The notes beneath the pieces were generated by a model. It was given only the letters and a program-made list of their open reading frames with translations. It did not search any database and was not told the DNA's origin. The position numbers and the translations under genes are program-made. A stretch of 64,000 bases of DNA from Minisyncoccota bacterium (GTDB taxonomy: Bacteria; Patescibacteriota; Minisyncoccia; Phycocordibacterales; Phycocordibacteraceae), in assembly GCA_041663025.1 (NCBI GenBank), contig JBAZRE010000003.1, forward strand, positions 2,157 to 66,156. Reading direction: 5' to 3'. This document shows positions 1 to 10,778 of this stretch, piece after piece; position 1 is the first letter of the stretch, and each line of letters begins with the position of its first letter.

Positions 1-366
1 GAGCTCAATATCTTGTAACACCAAGAGATGTTTCACTTCTTGTGTGGTGCGATTCTTGCTGTCGGTCAACGCATCAACAAGGATCGCAACACCACCCGGA
101 CCATACGCTTCATACACCACGCGCTCGAGATTCCCCGAGTCTTTTGACATACCCTTCGCGATCGCTCTCTCAATATTATCCTTCGGCATGTTCGCGGCTT
201 TTGCTCGCGCAATAACGACTGAGAGTCCTGGAGCAGAGAGAACACCATTCGCCTTCTTAGATTCAAGGGCGATAAGGCGCGCGTAGCGCGAGAAGACACG
301 ACTCTTGGCGGCATCAGTCGTCGCCTTCTGCCGTTTAATCTGAGACCACTTACTGTGTCCGGACAT
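1..366 (-). CDS. yebC: YebC/PmpR family protein (runs off window start)
   Basis: Minus-strand ATG at 366 reads MSGHSKWSQIKRQKATTDAAKSRVF, the YebC N-terminal signature; follows ruvB. Confidence 0.9.
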   Translation of the reverse strand, partial: MSGHSKWSQIKRQKATTDAAKSRVFSRYARLIALESKKANGVLSAPGLSVVIARAKAANMPKDNIERAIAKGMSKDSGNLERVVYEAYGPGGVAILVDALTDSKNRTTQEVKHLLVLQDIEL

Positions 367-444
367 AGTTTAATTAAATGATACTGCTCGCGAAGCAAAG
401 GAGCAAAACAGCGGTCGCGCTCCGGGCCGCTAAGCCAAGTCTTA

Positions 445-1446
445 CTACCGCTTTTTTTGCTCCTCTGCTTCGCTTAAATATGCACGACCTTTGGGTGTGA
501 GAAGGCGACCGCGCGAAGAGCGCTCGATGAAGCCGAGGCGCAGGAGGTAGGGCTCATACACATTTTCAATAGTGTCAGGTTCTTCGTGAATGGCTGCGGC
601 GAGCGCGCGAACGCCGGCGGGGCCGCCTCTGAAGCTTTGGAGAAGGGTTTCAAGATACCGACGATCATCTTTGGTGAGGCCGAATGCGTCAATGCCAAAA
701 AGCTCACAAGCCTCATCACAGAGCTTTGCAGAGAGTTTGCGCTCGTGTACCTCAGAGAAGTCGCGAACGCGCTTCAGAAGCGCGTTCGCGACGCGCGGAG
801 TCGCACGGCTTCTTGCCGCAACACGCTCTATAACTTCTTCGGGAGCAGAGAGCTCCAGGAGTTTGGCCGAACGACGAATGATATCGCGCAAATCAGCGTC
901 TTCATAAAAGTCGAGTTGATACACACCACCACCAAAGCGCGAGCGCAGCGGCCCTGAGAGCTCCGCGACACGCGTCGTTGCGCCGACGAGTGTGAAGGGA
1001 GGGAGGGCGAGCTCCACTGTGCGTGCCGAAGGGCCTTTCCCCAACACAATGTCCAGATGCCCTGATTCAAGAGCGGGGTAGAGGAGCTCTTCTATCTTTC
1101 TCGAGAGACGGTGAATTTCATCTATAAATAAAACAGTATTTGGTTCAAGATTAGTGAGTATTGCCGCGAGATCGCCTGCGCGCTCGATAGCGACGCCAGA
1201 GGTACTCTTCAGTGGCGATTCAAGCGTTATGGCGACGAGGTGTGCGAGAGTCGTTTTGCCCACCCCTGGTGGGCCGTAGAAGAGGAAGTGTTCGGGCATG
1301 CCGCCGCGCTTCTTTGCAGCATCGATCGAGATTCGCACATTCGCTTTTACTTGTTTTTGACCCACATATTCATCCCAGTGGCTCGGGCGTAAGACTGCAT
1401 CGAGTGATGCTGAAAGTGGGGCAGAGGCTTTGGGGGGGGTTGACAT
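445..1446 (-). CDS. ruvB: Holliday junction branch migration helicase RuvB
   Basis: LRP..EYVGQ, GPPGVGKTTLA, FIDEIHRL, GATTR, YEPYL motifs. Confidence 0.97.
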   Translation of the reverse strand: MSTPPKASAPLSASLDAVLRPSHWDEYVGQKQVKANVRISIDAAKKRGGMPEHFLFYGPPGVGKTTLAHLVAITLESPLKSTSGVAIERAGDLAAILTNLEPNTVLFIDEIHRLSRKIEELLYPALESGHLDIVLGKGPSARTVELALPPFTLVGATTRVAELSGPLRSRFGGGVYQLDFYEDADLRDIIRRSAKLLELSAPEEVIERVAARSRATPRVANALLKRVRDFSEVHERKLSAKLCDEACELFGIDAFGLTKDDRRYLETLLQSFRGGPAGVRALAAAIHEEPDTIENVYEPYLLRLGFIERSSRGRLLTPKGRAYLSEAEEQKKR

Positions 1447-1780
1447 AAAAATGCTGTGATGCTAGCATTCTATCACGGTTTGTTGCTCCTGTTCATACTC
1501 CTCTAGGCAAGGCTTGACGGCTTTGGGCGTTTCCCCAAGGATTTTCTGGTTCAGAGCTTCGGCTGTGACGCTGGGAATCTCCTCAGGTGTTACGTCTTCC
1601 CCGCTTTACAGCGGGTTTTGCCTTGAGGATTATGGACGGGAAGAGAGGTCAGAACAATGTTGAGTAATCTCATATATTGTTCTGCGCCGAACGACCGTTC
1701 ATATGCTTACATATGGACGGGATTTTTGTTTATCCACACCCCACTTGCAGATGTATCCCAAATGGGATACACTCAGAGAT

Positions 1781-2053
1781 ATGAGTACAGCAACAGCGAA
1801 AACAACTTTTATACGGGCACGGGTTAATCCGCGTTTGAAGCGCGAGGCAGAGACGGTGTTTCGTGCTATTGGTGTAAATACTACCAGCGCGGTAACCATG
1901 TTTTTGAAACAAGTATCCATACGAAAAGGAATGCCGTTTGACGTGTGCGTACCAAACGAAGAAACCATACATGCGTTTAATGAAAAACTTAATCCCCGTT
2001 CAGCTTATATGGACGCGGATAAACTTATGGCTGATATTTTGACCGGCGCATAA
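1781..2053 (+). CDS. RelB/DinJ family antitoxin
   Basis: IRARVNPRLKREAETVFRAIGVNTTSAVTMFLKQV..GMPF..PNEET; directly upstream of a toxin gene. Confidence 0.88.
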   Translation: MSTATAKTTFIRARVNPRLKREAETVFRAIGVNTTSAVTMFLKQVSIRKGMPFDVCVPNEETIHAFNEKLNPRSAYMDADKLMADILTGA

Positions 2054-2065
2054 TTGAATATCTCT

Positions 2066-2332
2066 ATGCGCTCTGTACTCACAACTGAAAAGTACAAACG
2101 CGATGTGCGGCGATTATATAAGAAACATTACGAAGTCCGTTTTCTCTCAACAATCACAAAAATATTGCAAAGAGATGGTGTTGTTCCAATTCAATATGAA
2201 CCGCACAAACTACATGTCAAATGGTCTGGATATCTTGAGTGTCACTTAGCCAAAGATTGGTTGCTTATATATCGGACAGACGCAAGGTTTGTGTATCTCT
2301 ACAGAACCGGAAGTCACAATGATTTGTTTTGA
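2066..2332 (+). CDS. YafQ/RelE family mRNA interferase toxin
   Basis: H.L..KWSGYLECHL..DWLLIY...RTGSHNDLF C-terminal signature. Confidence 0.9.
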   Translation: MRSVLTTEKYKRDVRRLYKKHYEVRFLSTITKILQRDGVVPIQYEPHKLHVKWSGYLECHLAKDWLLIYRTDARFVYLYRTGSHNDLF

Positions 2333-4003
2333 CTACCTCGGCAAATCAACCGTGTCGGCGACTTCGGAGAGGGAGGTGATGCCGGCGAGCGCCTTCAAGA
2401 TGCCATCTTGTGCCATGGTGAGGTAGCCCTGCTTCGCGGTGAGCTTCGCGATTTCATTTTCTGGAGGATTGTCGCGGAGGAAGGTTGCTAGCTCATCGTC
2501 CATAAAGATCGCTTCATAGAGGCCGACACGGCCGTGATAACCAGTCTCTTCATCACTCGCAGGAGCGGCATCCCAGATGGTCTCGATTTTTTCAGGAATG
2601 AGCGATTTGTCGGTGAGGGGCTCAAACACTTTTACAATCATCGCCTTCTCTTCATCGGTGAGAGGGCGTTCTTTTTTCTTATTCGGATCTAGCTTGCGCA
2701 AGAGGCGCTGCGCCATAGAGACGGTGACTGCCGAGCCAAACGATTTTGGATCTACACCAAGATCTGCAAGGCGTGGGAAGGTGCCTGCAGCGTTGTTGGT
2801 GTGAAGTGTCGAGAAGACGAAGTGGCCCGTGAGTGCCGCTTGGATGGCAATGTCTGCTGTCTCACCGTCGCGAATCTCGCCGACCATGATGATATCAGGG
2901 TCTTGGCGCACTATTGATTTTAGTCCTTCGGCAAATGTGTATTTCGTCCCCTCAACCTGCGTCTGTACAATACCGTCCAAGTGATATTCAACCGGATCTT
3001 CGATTGTAATTATTTTAATTTCAGGCGTGTGGATCTCGCGGAGGAATGAATAGAGCGTGGTTGTTTTACCACTGCCAGTGGGGCCGGTGGTGAGGAGCAT
3101 GCCGTTGGGGCGTCGAATCTCGGTCTCAAGTCGTGCCAAGAGTTTGGGCTGAATACCAAGCTCCTTATACGAAACCTTAGTCGCCTCTGGATTGAGCACG
3201 CGCATCACAATTGCCTCGCCATAGTTGCCGGGGATGAAGGAGACACGCATCTCGATGGCGTCACTTTCGCGCGAGACACTGAATCGACCATCTTGTGCGC
3301 GATTGGTGATATTGAGCTTGATGCCCGCGAGTAGTTTGATACGCGAGTTGAGCTGGTGATAGGTCGCTGGGTCAAAGAAATACGCATCAACCAGAACGCC
3401 GTCAATACGGAGACGCAGGCGTGTTCTCTCCTCTTCTGGCTCGAAGTGAATGTCAGAAGATCGGAGTGCGAATGCTCCAGCGAGAATGATCTCTATAATG
3501 CGCGAGACACGATCAAGCGACTTGAGCGTTGTGGCGTCGTCGATCTCTTGCTTCAATGCACCGCGTCCACCATTCTCCTTCGTGAGTTTTGCGAGCACTT
3601 CTTGACCAACCGCCACACCACCTGCCCTAGACTCAGTCGCGAATAAAAGATCAGCATACCGAACAAAGGCTTTCTCAAGACTTTTCTCTGAGACGAGAAA
3701 TTCTTGCAGCGTAAATTTGCGTTCTATAAGCTCTTTGCGAAGTTTTATGAACGCTGGATTGTTTGGATTGTGTATGGCGAGCGATAGAACCTCCGCAGCA
3801 CGCGCAAATGCCGCCACCTCCGCAGCACGCGCATCCGCTTCGGGTATGGTGCGGAGTGCGTCGCTGTCAATCTCCTTCAGTGAGAGGTCAACATAGGTCA
3901 TGCCGTATTTCTCAGATAGGATACGTGCCACATCCTCCTCTTCTCTCTCGTACACCTCGGCAAGCTTGCGTGTTTCTTGGTCAGTATCAAATGGTAGGTC
4001 CAT
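2333..4003 (-). CDS. GspE/PilB type II secretion / type IV pilus ATPase
   Basis: SDIHFEP, AQDGRF, GPTGSGKTTTLY, TIEDPVEY, RQDPDIIMVGEIRD, STLHTN. Confidence 0.93.
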   Translation of the reverse strand: MDLPFDTDQETRKLAEVYEREEEDVARILSEKYGMTYVDLSLKEIDSDALRTIPEADARAAEVAAFARAAEVLSLAIHNPNNPAFIKLRKELIERKFTLQEFLVSEKSLEKAFVRYADLLFATESRAGGVAVGQEVLAKLTKENGGRGALKQEIDDATTLKSLDRVSRIIEIILAGAFALRSSDIHFEPEEERTRLRLRIDGVLVDAYFFDPATYHQLNSRIKLLAGIKLNITNRAQDGRFSVSRESDAIEMRVSFIPGNYGEAIVMRVLNPEATKVSYKELGIQPKLLARLETEIRRPNGMLLTTGPTGSGKTTTLYSFLREIHTPEIKIITIEDPVEYHLDGIVQTQVEGTKYTFAEGLKSIVRQDPDIIMVGEIRDGETADIAIQAALTGHFVFSTLHTNNAAGTFPRLADLGVDPKSFGSAVTVSMAQRLLRKLDPNKKKERPLTDEEKAMIVKVFEPLTDKSLIPEKIETIWDAAPASDEETGYHGRVGLYEAIFMDDELATFLRDNPPENEIAKLTAKQGYLTMAQDGILKALAGITSLSEVADTVDLPR

Positions 4004-4021
4004 AAGCGTATAATACACTGA

Positions 4022-4462
4022 ATGGAGGCATTGGTTAAAACACTTGTAGAACTAGAGGCAGAAGCTGCGCGGTTTGTGGGTGTGCTCGCGCCGAGTCCGC
4101 GAGGCGCGACGCTCGTCACTCTCTCGGGCGACCTGGGGGCAGGGAAGACGGCTTTTACCAAGGCGGTCGCACGCACTCTTGGTGTTGACGAGATGGTTAC
4201 GAGCCCCACGTTCGTCCTCGAAAAGATTTATAAACTTGGACATCCGATGTCCAAGTTCAAACGGCTGGTTCATATTGATGCCTATCGGCTTGAGGCAGGA
4301 AATGATCTTGCGCCGCTTGGTTTTGACGAGCTGATGCAAGATGCTGGCAATCTGATTCTGCTTGAGTGGCCAGAAAAAGTTGCTGATGCTCTCCCTACTC
4401 CTGCCGTGCGAATATCTCTAGCGGTGCTTCCAAATGATTCACGCATGATTACCTATGGCTAA
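4022..4462 (+). CDS. tsaE: tRNA threonylcarbamoyladenosine biosynthesis ATPase TsaE
   Basis: LSGDLGAGKT, VTSPTF, HIDAYRL, LEWP. Confidence 0.95.
   Translation: MEALVKTLVELEAEAARFVGVLAPSPRGATLVTLSGDLGAGKTAFTKAVARTLGVDEMVTSPTFVLEKIYKLGHPMSKFKRLVHIDAYRLEAGNDLAPLGFDELMQDAGNLILLEWPEKVADALPTPAVRISLAVLPNDSRMITYG
4233..4257. repeat. Palindrome AACTTGGACATC-C-GATGTCCAAGTT inside tsaE
   Basis: Perfect 12-bp arms, 1-nt loop, encodes KLGHPMSKF. Confidence 0.85.
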
Positions 4463-6854
4463 GAAAACACCAGCGAAGAAAAGAATAGTGCTTCTTGATA
4501 CACACGCGATTATTCATCGCGCGTATCACGCCTTGCCAGAGTTTACTGGTCCCACCGGTGCGCCGACAGGCGCTCTCTACGGACTTGTCTCAATGTTGCT
4601 TAAGATTATTACCGATCTCAAGCCCGATTATATTGCTGCATGCTACGACTTGCCCAAGCCGACGATTCGTCATGAGGCATATGAGGGATATAAGGGCACG
4701 CGAGGCCCAACTGATGACGCGCTTGTTGAACAGCTCAAAGAATCGCGAAAGGTGTTTGAGGCGTTCTCTATCCCGACGTATGAAAAAGAAGGATTCGAAG
4801 CCGACGATATTCTCGGCACGATTGCCGAAAAGATAAAAAATACTGCAGATGTCATAATTGCGTCGGGTGACATGGACACGCTCCAGCTTGTCGACGATGA
4901 GCGGGTTCGAGTCTATACCTTAAAAAAGGGCATCAATGACACAATTCTCTACGACGAGAAGGAAGTCATAGCGCGATTTGGTTTCTTACCCTCTTTGATT
5001 CCCGATTGGAAGGGTCTTCGTGGCGACCCCTCTGACAACATTAAGGGCGTGAAGGGTATCGGCGAGAAGACCGCGACCGAACTTGTTACCACATTTGGCA
5101 CAATTGAAAAAATATATGTAGCATTAAAAAAGAGCGACGCGGCATTTACAAAAAAAGGTATCAAACCTCGTGTTCTTGCGCTTCTGAAAGAAGGTGAAGA
5201 AGACGCGCGCTTTTCAAAATCACTAGCCACAATACGATGCGACGCACCCGTCGCTTTTGTTTTGCCAGAAAATGACTGGAGAGAAAACGTCGAGATACAA
5301 AAAGTGCTCGCGATGTTTGATGATTTTGGTTTCAGGTCGCTGAAAGCGCGGATGAGGACCGTTCTCGGCGCACAAACGCAATTTGATGAACCTTTGGGTC
5401 CGCACACGACGGATAACGACAGATCAGACGCCACGCCAAAGCCTTCACAAATTGCGCCGGAGCGTCTTGCGGAAGCCGGCGTTATGCTCTGGCTCATTTC
5501 GTCAGACTTCACGAACCCATCGCTTGATGACATTCTCGCATTTACCAAAGAGCGAACTTTTGACGCGGCATATGCGGTGCTCGAGAAGCAGCTTGCAGAG
5601 CTCGGCAGAGTGCGTGATGTGTATGAAAAAATTGAGAAACCACTCATTCCTGTTGTTGATCAGATGGAGATACGAGGCATTCTTGTTGATCCCAAGGTAC
5701 TAAGTGACCTCGACAAGAAGTACAGCGCTGAGCTCTCAGAAATAGAAAAACGCATTTATAAAGACGCCGGACGCGAATTTAATATCAACTCGCCGAAACA
5801 ACTCGGAGAAGTGCTGTTTGACGAGTTGAAAATTATTCCAGAGAGACAAAAGAAAACAGCCGGCGGTCAGCGTTCAACACGCGAAAGCGAGCTTGAGAAA
5901 ATGCGCGAGATGCACCCGATTATCAGCGACATTCTTGAATACCGCGAGTTGAAAAAATTGCTTTCAACCTATATTAAGAATCTGCCGCCGATGCTCGACG
6001 CGGAGAATCGCCTCCACGCGGAGTTTATTCAGACCGGCGCGGTTACCGGACGCATGGCAAGTCAGAATCCGAACCTTCAGAATATCCCTCTGCGTTCAGA
6101 GCGCGGGCAGGCGATACGCCACGCATTTGTTGCGACGAATGGATTCACGCTTGTCTCAATTGATTATTCGCAAATAGAATTGCGGCTCGCCGCAATTCTC
6201 TCGGGGGATGAAAAGCTTTGCGAGATATTCCGCACCGGCAGGGATGTACACACTGAGGTTGCGGCGCGCGTCTTCCGTGTTGCGCCAGAAAAAGTTTATG
6301 CAGAGATGCGTCGCCGCGCCAAGGTGATCAACTTCGGCATTCTCTACGGCATGGGAGTAAATGCACTTCGCGCACAGCTCGGTTCGACTACTGCCGAAGC
6401 TCACCAGTATCTTGAAGATTATTTCACCACCTTCAAAACACTTGCAGAATATCTTGAAAGCACGAAAGGATTTGCGCGTAAGCATGGTTATACTGAGACC
6501 CTATTTGGCCGTCGTAGGCAGTTCCAAGAGATGAAGTCATCTCTGCCGTATGTGCGCGCGCAGGCCGAGCGCATGGCGATTAACGCGCCAATACAAGGGA
6601 CGTCGGCAGATATGATTAAGCTCGCGATGGTAGAAGTACACAAGATGCTTGAAAAGAATAGTTGGACTGAAGATGCGCACCTCCTCCTTTCTGTGCACGA
6701 TGAATTAGTGTACGAGATTCACGATAGTCAAAAAGATGAGATTGGCGCGCAGATTAAAAAAATAATGGAGTCTATGCTTTCAATCAAAGAAACAAACGGT
6801 GTGCCGATTGTTGCAACGATGAAATCAGGCCCAAACTGGGGTTCATTAACATGA
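4455..6854 (+). CDS. polA: DNA polymerase I (5'-3' exonuclease and polymerase domains)
   Basis: HRAYHA, EADD, GDPSDNIKGVKGIGEKTA, PNLQNIP, DYSQIELR, AKVINFGILYG, VHDE. Confidence 0.97.
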   Translation: MAKKTPAKKRIVLLDTHAIIHRAYHALPEFTGPTGAPTGALYGLVSMLLKIITDLKPDYIAACYDLPKPTIRHEAYEGYKGTRGPTDDALVEQLKESRKVFEAFSIPTYEKEGFEADDILGTIAEKIKNTADVIIASGDMDTLQLVDDERVRVYTLKKGINDTILYDEKEVIARFGFLPSLIPDWKGLRGDPSDNIKGVKGIGEKTATELVTTFGTIEKIYVALKKSDAAFTKKGIKPRVLALLKEGEEDARFSKSLATIRCDAPVAFVLPENDWRENVEIQKVLAMFDDFGFRSLKARMRTVLGAQTQFDEPLGPHTTDNDRSDATPKPSQIAPERLAEAGVMLWLISSDFTNPSLDDILAFTKERTFDAAYAVLEKQLAELGRVRDVYEKIEKPLIPVVDQMEIRGILVDPKVLSDLDKKYSAELSEIEKRIYKDAGREFNINSPKQLGEVLFDELKIIPERQKKTAGGQRSTRESELEKMREMHPIISDILEYRELKKLLSTYIKNLPPMLDAENRLHAEFIQTGAVTGRMASQNPNLQNIPLRSERGQAIRHAFVATNGFTLVSIDYSQIELRLAAILSGDEKLCEIFRTGRDVHTEVAARVFRVAPEKVYAEMRRRAKVINFGILYGMGVNALRAQLGSTTAEAHQYLEDYFTTFKTLAEYLESTKGFARKHGYTETLFGRRRQFQEMKSSLPYVRAQAERMAINAPIQGTSADMIKLAMVEVHKMLEKNSWTEDAHLLLSVHDELVYEIHDSQKDEIGAQIKKIMESMLSIKETNGVPIVATMKSGPNWGSLT

Positions 6855-7552
6855 TTTATCTTTTTTACGGCAGTGATAGTGAGAAGGTGCGCACAAAAGC
6901 GTTTGATTGGGTTGCGGCTGCAAGAAAGAAAGAACCGAACCTCGCATATGTACGCCTTGCGCGCGAAGAGCTCACTGACGCAGCACTTGAAGATGCTGCT
7001 CTCTCTGGAGGACTCTTTGTAAAGCGACTTTTAATATTGATTGACGATCCTTTCCATAATGTGAAGGACATCGTAAGTCCCTCATCAGATGAGGGACTTA
7101 CGATGTCCCAAAATTCAGAAGACATTATTGAAGAGCATCTTGATGCACTTTCCGCCTCTGATAATGCAATTATCATCCTCGCGCCAAAGCTCGCGGCAGC
7201 AAAAGCAAAAAAGATGCTTGCAAAAGCAAAACTTTCTTACGAATTCAATAAGGCTCCCGCGCGAGAAGAGGCGAGAGGTTTTAACGGAAATCTTGTCAAC
7301 GCGCTCGCTGCGCGCTCGCACGAAAAACTCTGGCTTGAAATTAACAGAGCATTACGAGCTGGTGATGCGCCCGAGATGTTGCATGGCCTCTTGCATTGGA
7401 AAGCGCGCGACTTAATGGAGAAGGGTAGTCGCGCATGGACTCCACAAGAATCTCGCGCTCTCTCGCTTTCTCTCATCTCTCTCCTCCAAACCTCCCGCCG
7501 CGGTGGTTTGGATTTACCTCTCTCCCTCGAGAGATTTGCTCTCGCAATTTAA
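6851..7552 (+). CDS. Putative DNA polymerase III delta-subunit-like protein (short CPR form)
   Basis: MIYLFYGSD N-terminus and GLF..RLLI motif typical of HolA-like proteins. Confidence 0.55.
   Translation: MIYLFYGSDSEKVRTKAFDWVAAARKKEPNLAYVRLAREELTDAALEDAALSGGLFVKRLLILIDDPFHNVKDIVSPSSDEGLTMSQNSEDIIEEHLDALSASDNAIIILAPKLAAAKAKKMLAKAKLSYEFNKAPAREEARGFNGNLVNALAARSHEKLWLEINRALRAGDAPEMLHGLLHWKARDLMEKGSRAWTPQESRALSLSLISLLQTSRRGGLDLPLSLERFALAI
7066..7108. repeat. 43-bp palindrome inside the holA-like CDS
   Basis: GGACATCGTAAGTCCCTCATC-A-GATGAGGGACTTACGATGTCC, perfect 21-bp arms. Confidence 0.92.
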
Positions 7553-7559
7553 TTTTCTG

Positions 7560-7632
7560 TGCGCCCGCCGCGGCTCGAACGCGGGACCTTATCCTTAAAA
7601 GGGATCTGCTCTACCAACTGAGCTACGGGCGC
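7560..7632 (-). tRNA. tRNA-Lys(TTT)
   Basis: GCGCCCGTAGCTCAGTTGGTAGAGC...CT-TTT-AA...GTTCGAG...CGGGCGCA cloverleaf. Confidence 0.95.
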
Positions 7633-7745
7633 GAGTGAGGCAGAAAGAAACGAGCTTGCTCAATTTCTTTCTCGCCGAACGAGCGCACAGTATGGTAATC
7701 CATATGGGCGCGTAGGTACAACTTACCCTTTTTACGTTCTTTTTT

Positions 7746-8711
7746 CTAGTACCCAAACGCATCCACCGTATTGCCGCCAGTGTCGAGAAGTTTCACCAAT
7801 TCATTTTTTGTACGCCACATCGAGTTTGATCTACCGAGATAGATACGCCACGTGTTGCCGAGGAAGTCAGAATCTTTCTTATGAGCCTCAACACACCCAT
7901 TGTAGTTCATATAGTTCACCAAGAAGTTCTGGCACACACCTGAAGCTCCAATCGGCGGTGTGATGGCAATCTGGCAGCGCGGAAGTGTCTTCACATATTC
8001 AATACACGCTGAATCGCGTATGTAACCGGTACCATAGAAAGAAGCGAGTTCGTCAGATGGCATGGGGCAGTTCTGTGGCAATGACGGAGAGAATGTTTGA
8101 AAGGTGCTGAAATAGCCGATACATTTATTCTCACGGAAAGAAGCGCCGATAGGAGATCTCCCAGAGATGATGATCGCGCGGGTGCCTGGGGTGAGCACGA
8201 TGTGTTGGGACTCGTTTATTGTGCCAGATCTCGGAACCTCAGTGCCCTCAGGGATCACCGAAGTATTCCCGGACGCGTCACTCATAAGTTTCCATCCAGA
8301 GAGGTCGACCGGCATGCTGGCATTCTGAGCAACGGTTATTTCAATGTATTCATTCCCTGCACTTGCTGATGCCGCACCAGAAACAAAGTGATTCATGCTA
8401 ATGAGATTGCGATATATCGACGGGCTGCCAAATGTGCTACCTCCAACAAAAGAAGGGAGTGGTTCTGAATTCCCAGAATAGCCAGTAGTATTCGCGCCAT
8501 CAGATGATCCTGGGAGAGAAACGTTTTGACTGCCAACGCGAAACGGTGCTCGCGGCAATTGTAGGTAAGTGCCACCGCCTAACTCTTGTGGCTCAGCAAG
8601 TGTAGGGCCGGTAAAAGCTATCGGGTGCATCGGACCACCGACTGCAATCCAGATGAGGAAAATGAAAACGAAGATCCCTATGAAGAACCACGCATCGTGC
8701 ATATCACCCAT
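7746..8711 (-). CDS. Membrane-anchored hypothetical protein, lamin-tail-like domain
   Basis: N-terminal TM; NEYIEI..VDLSGWKL motif; Cys pairs. Confidence 0.6.
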   Translation of the reverse strand: MGDMHDAWFFIGIFVFIFLIWIAVGGPMHPIAFTGPTLAEPQELGGGTYLQLPRAPFRVGSQNVSLPGSSDGANTTGYSGNSEPLPSFVGGSTFGSPSIYRNLISMNHFVSGAASASAGNEYIEITVAQNASMPVDLSGWKLMSDASGNTSVIPEGTEVPRSGTINESQHIVLTPGTRAIIISGRSPIGASFRENKCIGYFSTFQTFSPSLPQNCPMPSDELASFYGTGYIRDSACIEYVKTLPRCQIAITPPIGASGVCQNFLVNYMNYNGCVEAHKKDSDFLGNTWRIYLGRSNSMWRTKNELVKLLDTGGNTVDAFGY

Positions 8712-8761
8712 AAATAAATAGTAGCAGAAAGCAGGGGCAGGCGGCAGGGGTAACTTCCAGC

Positions 8762-10000
8762 TCACTGCTCCTGCCTGCTGCCAACTAGCTTTTCAAGTTC
8801 CTCGCGGACAACATCGGCATCGCTCCAAGGTATTCTCGTGCCGCGCGCACTCATGATGAACGGGTCTGTGCCCTTGCCTGTGATGAGGACAGCATCGCCA
8901 GGGAGCGCGGCGCGGAGCGCCGCACGTATCGCTTCGCGGCGATCCATGATGATCTCAGGCGGGCGTGTCATACCGCCAGCCATTTCATCAACAATCTTTT
9001 TAGGATCTTCGTCATACGGGTCTTCGTTGGTGAGAATAACTTTTCCGCATGATTCATCGGCAATGCGACCCATCTCCGGTCGCTTCCAGGTGTCACGTCC
9101 GCCGCCGGTGTTGCCCAGCACACAGATTTTTCTATGTTTTTGAAATGCATCATATAGTGCGCGAAGCGAATCTGGTGTGTGCGCATAATCAACAATAGCG
9201 ATGAAATTTTGCCCTGCCTCAATGCGTTCGGCGCGACCACCGATGCGCAAGAGCCCAGCCAGTGCCTCTGCACAGGTCTCAAGCGGCACACCGAGCGCCT
9301 CGGCAGTCTTTAATGCTGCAAGTGCATTCATAAGGCTGAAATTTCCCGGTTGCTTGATCGAAAAATGGACGCCTTTATATGAGAAAGAGACACCATCTTC
9401 ACTTACCCGAGCATCTCCTGCATCGGCAAAAGAAAATGGGATTCTTTTTTCTACATCGAGTGCGAGAAATGCCGCACCATACGCATCATCTGCATTTGCA
9501 ACAATAGTGCGCGGACGCTTTGACGAGTGCACGAGTGCTTGGCCAATTCTAAATTTCGCATTGAAATATTTCTCCATAGAACCATGTGATTCTAAATGTT
9601 CTTTTTGGAGATTTGTGAAAATAAGCGCATCAAGCTCAAGACCGAGGTGTCGATATTGCAGGGCGGCTTCACTTGTAATCTCAATAATGGCATGGGTGCA
9701 TCCTTTACCTCTCGCCTCGGCAAGAAACTTCTGAATGAAGCCGCGTCCTGGCAGCGTCATCTTGAAGAGGTTTGGTCGAGAATCTTTTCCTGTTGCGAAA
9801 CGAATGGTGCTGGCAAGAGCTGTCTCATGGCCCGCCGCCGTGAGGATGGTGTGGAGCATCTCTGCAACTGAAGATTTGCCCTTCGTCCCTGTCACGCCGA
9901 TGACGGTGAATTTTTTTGCAGGGAAACCATGTCTGAGTGCGGCCGATGCCGCAAAAGCGTAGTGATAGGGCGTGAGAAGTGTTCGCCGCAGATGCATCAT
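8762..10000 (-). CDS. murE: Mur ligase, MurE-like
   Basis: IGVTGTKGKSS, EITSE, FTNL..EHLESH, VDYAHTPD, NEDPYDEDP, ITGKG. Confidence 0.85.
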   Translation of the reverse strand: MMHLRRTLLTPYHYAFAASAALRHGFPAKKFTVIGVTGTKGKSSVAEMLHTILTAAGHETALASTIRFATGKDSRPNLFKMTLPGRGFIQKFLAEARGKGCTHAIIEITSEAALQYRHLGLELDALIFTNLQKEHLESHGSMEKYFNAKFRIGQALVHSSKRPRTIVANADDAYGAAFLALDVEKRIPFSFADAGDARVSEDGVSFSYKGVHFSIKQPGNFSLMNALAALKTAEALGVPLETCAEALAGLLRIGGRAERIEAGQNFIAIVDYAHTPDSLRALYDAFQKHRKICVLGNTGGGRDTWKRPEMGRIADESCGKVILTNEDPYDEDPKKIVDEMAGGMTRPPEIIMDRREAIRAALRAALPGDAVLITGKGTDPFIMSARGTRIPWSDADVVREELEKLVGSRQEQ

Positions 10001-10542
10001 GAGTGAGAAGAGAGCGCTGCCTTTAATCGCACGTCTTTGCCGACAGCATCATCGGGGATTGCCTGGAGTGCTTTGCGCGCCTCGCGTTCGGTGTAGCCGA
10101 GCGCGACGAGGGTATCAAAGACTTCATTGTCGGCATTGTCATGCGAGCGTGGGCCAACTTTTTCAGCGAGCTCCACCAACATTTTCTCTGCGCTTTTCTT
10201 GCCGAGCCCGACAATCTTAGTGAGATAATTAAGGTCGCGCTTGCTAATAGCACCCTCAAGCGCCTCGCGCGGCGCTCGGCGCAACACCGAGAGTGCCGTT
10301 TTGGGGCCCACACCAGAAACCGAAAGTATGAGTTCAAAAAAGTCTCTATCAGCTGCGTCTATGAACCCATAGAGATCCACACCGTCTTGTTTGATGGTGA
10401 GGTGGGTCGCGAGAGTCGCTTCACTCCCCACCAAGAGCGCCTCGGGAGCATTCATGCGCACCTCAACCCCCAGCCCCGCGACCTCAACAATCGCGCTGGC
10501 CGGACTTATAGAGAGCACCTTCCCGCGTATCTGCCGAATCAT
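9997..10542 (-). CDS. ruvA: Holliday junction DNA-binding protein RuvA
   Basis: MIRQIRG, LYGF, VSGVGPKTAL, GLGKKSAEK, LVALGY. Confidence 0.96.
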   Translation of the reverse strand: MIRQIRGKVLSISPASAIVEVAGLGVEVRMNAPEALLVGSEATLATHLTIKQDGVDLYGFIDAADRDFFELILSVSGVGPKTALSVLRRAPREALEGAISKRDLNYLTKIVGLGKKSAEKMLVELAEKVGPRSHDNADNEVFDTLVALGYTEREARKALQAIPDDAVGKDVRLKAALSSHS

Positions 10543-10591
10543 GTGTTCATCTTATCACCCACGTTGACTTTCTGGAGAATTACTGGGCTAC

Positions 10592-10619
10592 TTGACAAAA
10601 TAGCCGAGTCGTGTATACT
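10592..10619 (+). promoter_or_regulatory. Sigma70-like promoter of the DGR1 target gene
   Basis: TTGACA-16nt-TATACT; near-identical layout at 42439-42466. Confidence 0.65.
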
Positions 10620-10778
10620 AGTAGATAGTAAGTTCTTTGACACTAATTTGCGAGTGGTCATAGCCAAAAGACGCTGTAAATACGGCCTTTTCTGGCTATG
10701 ACCACAGACGGCCATAGTTCCACCTCGGAGGAGAGGACAATTCTAATGGGCGAATAAGCCCAACGAAAGGAGAACAAA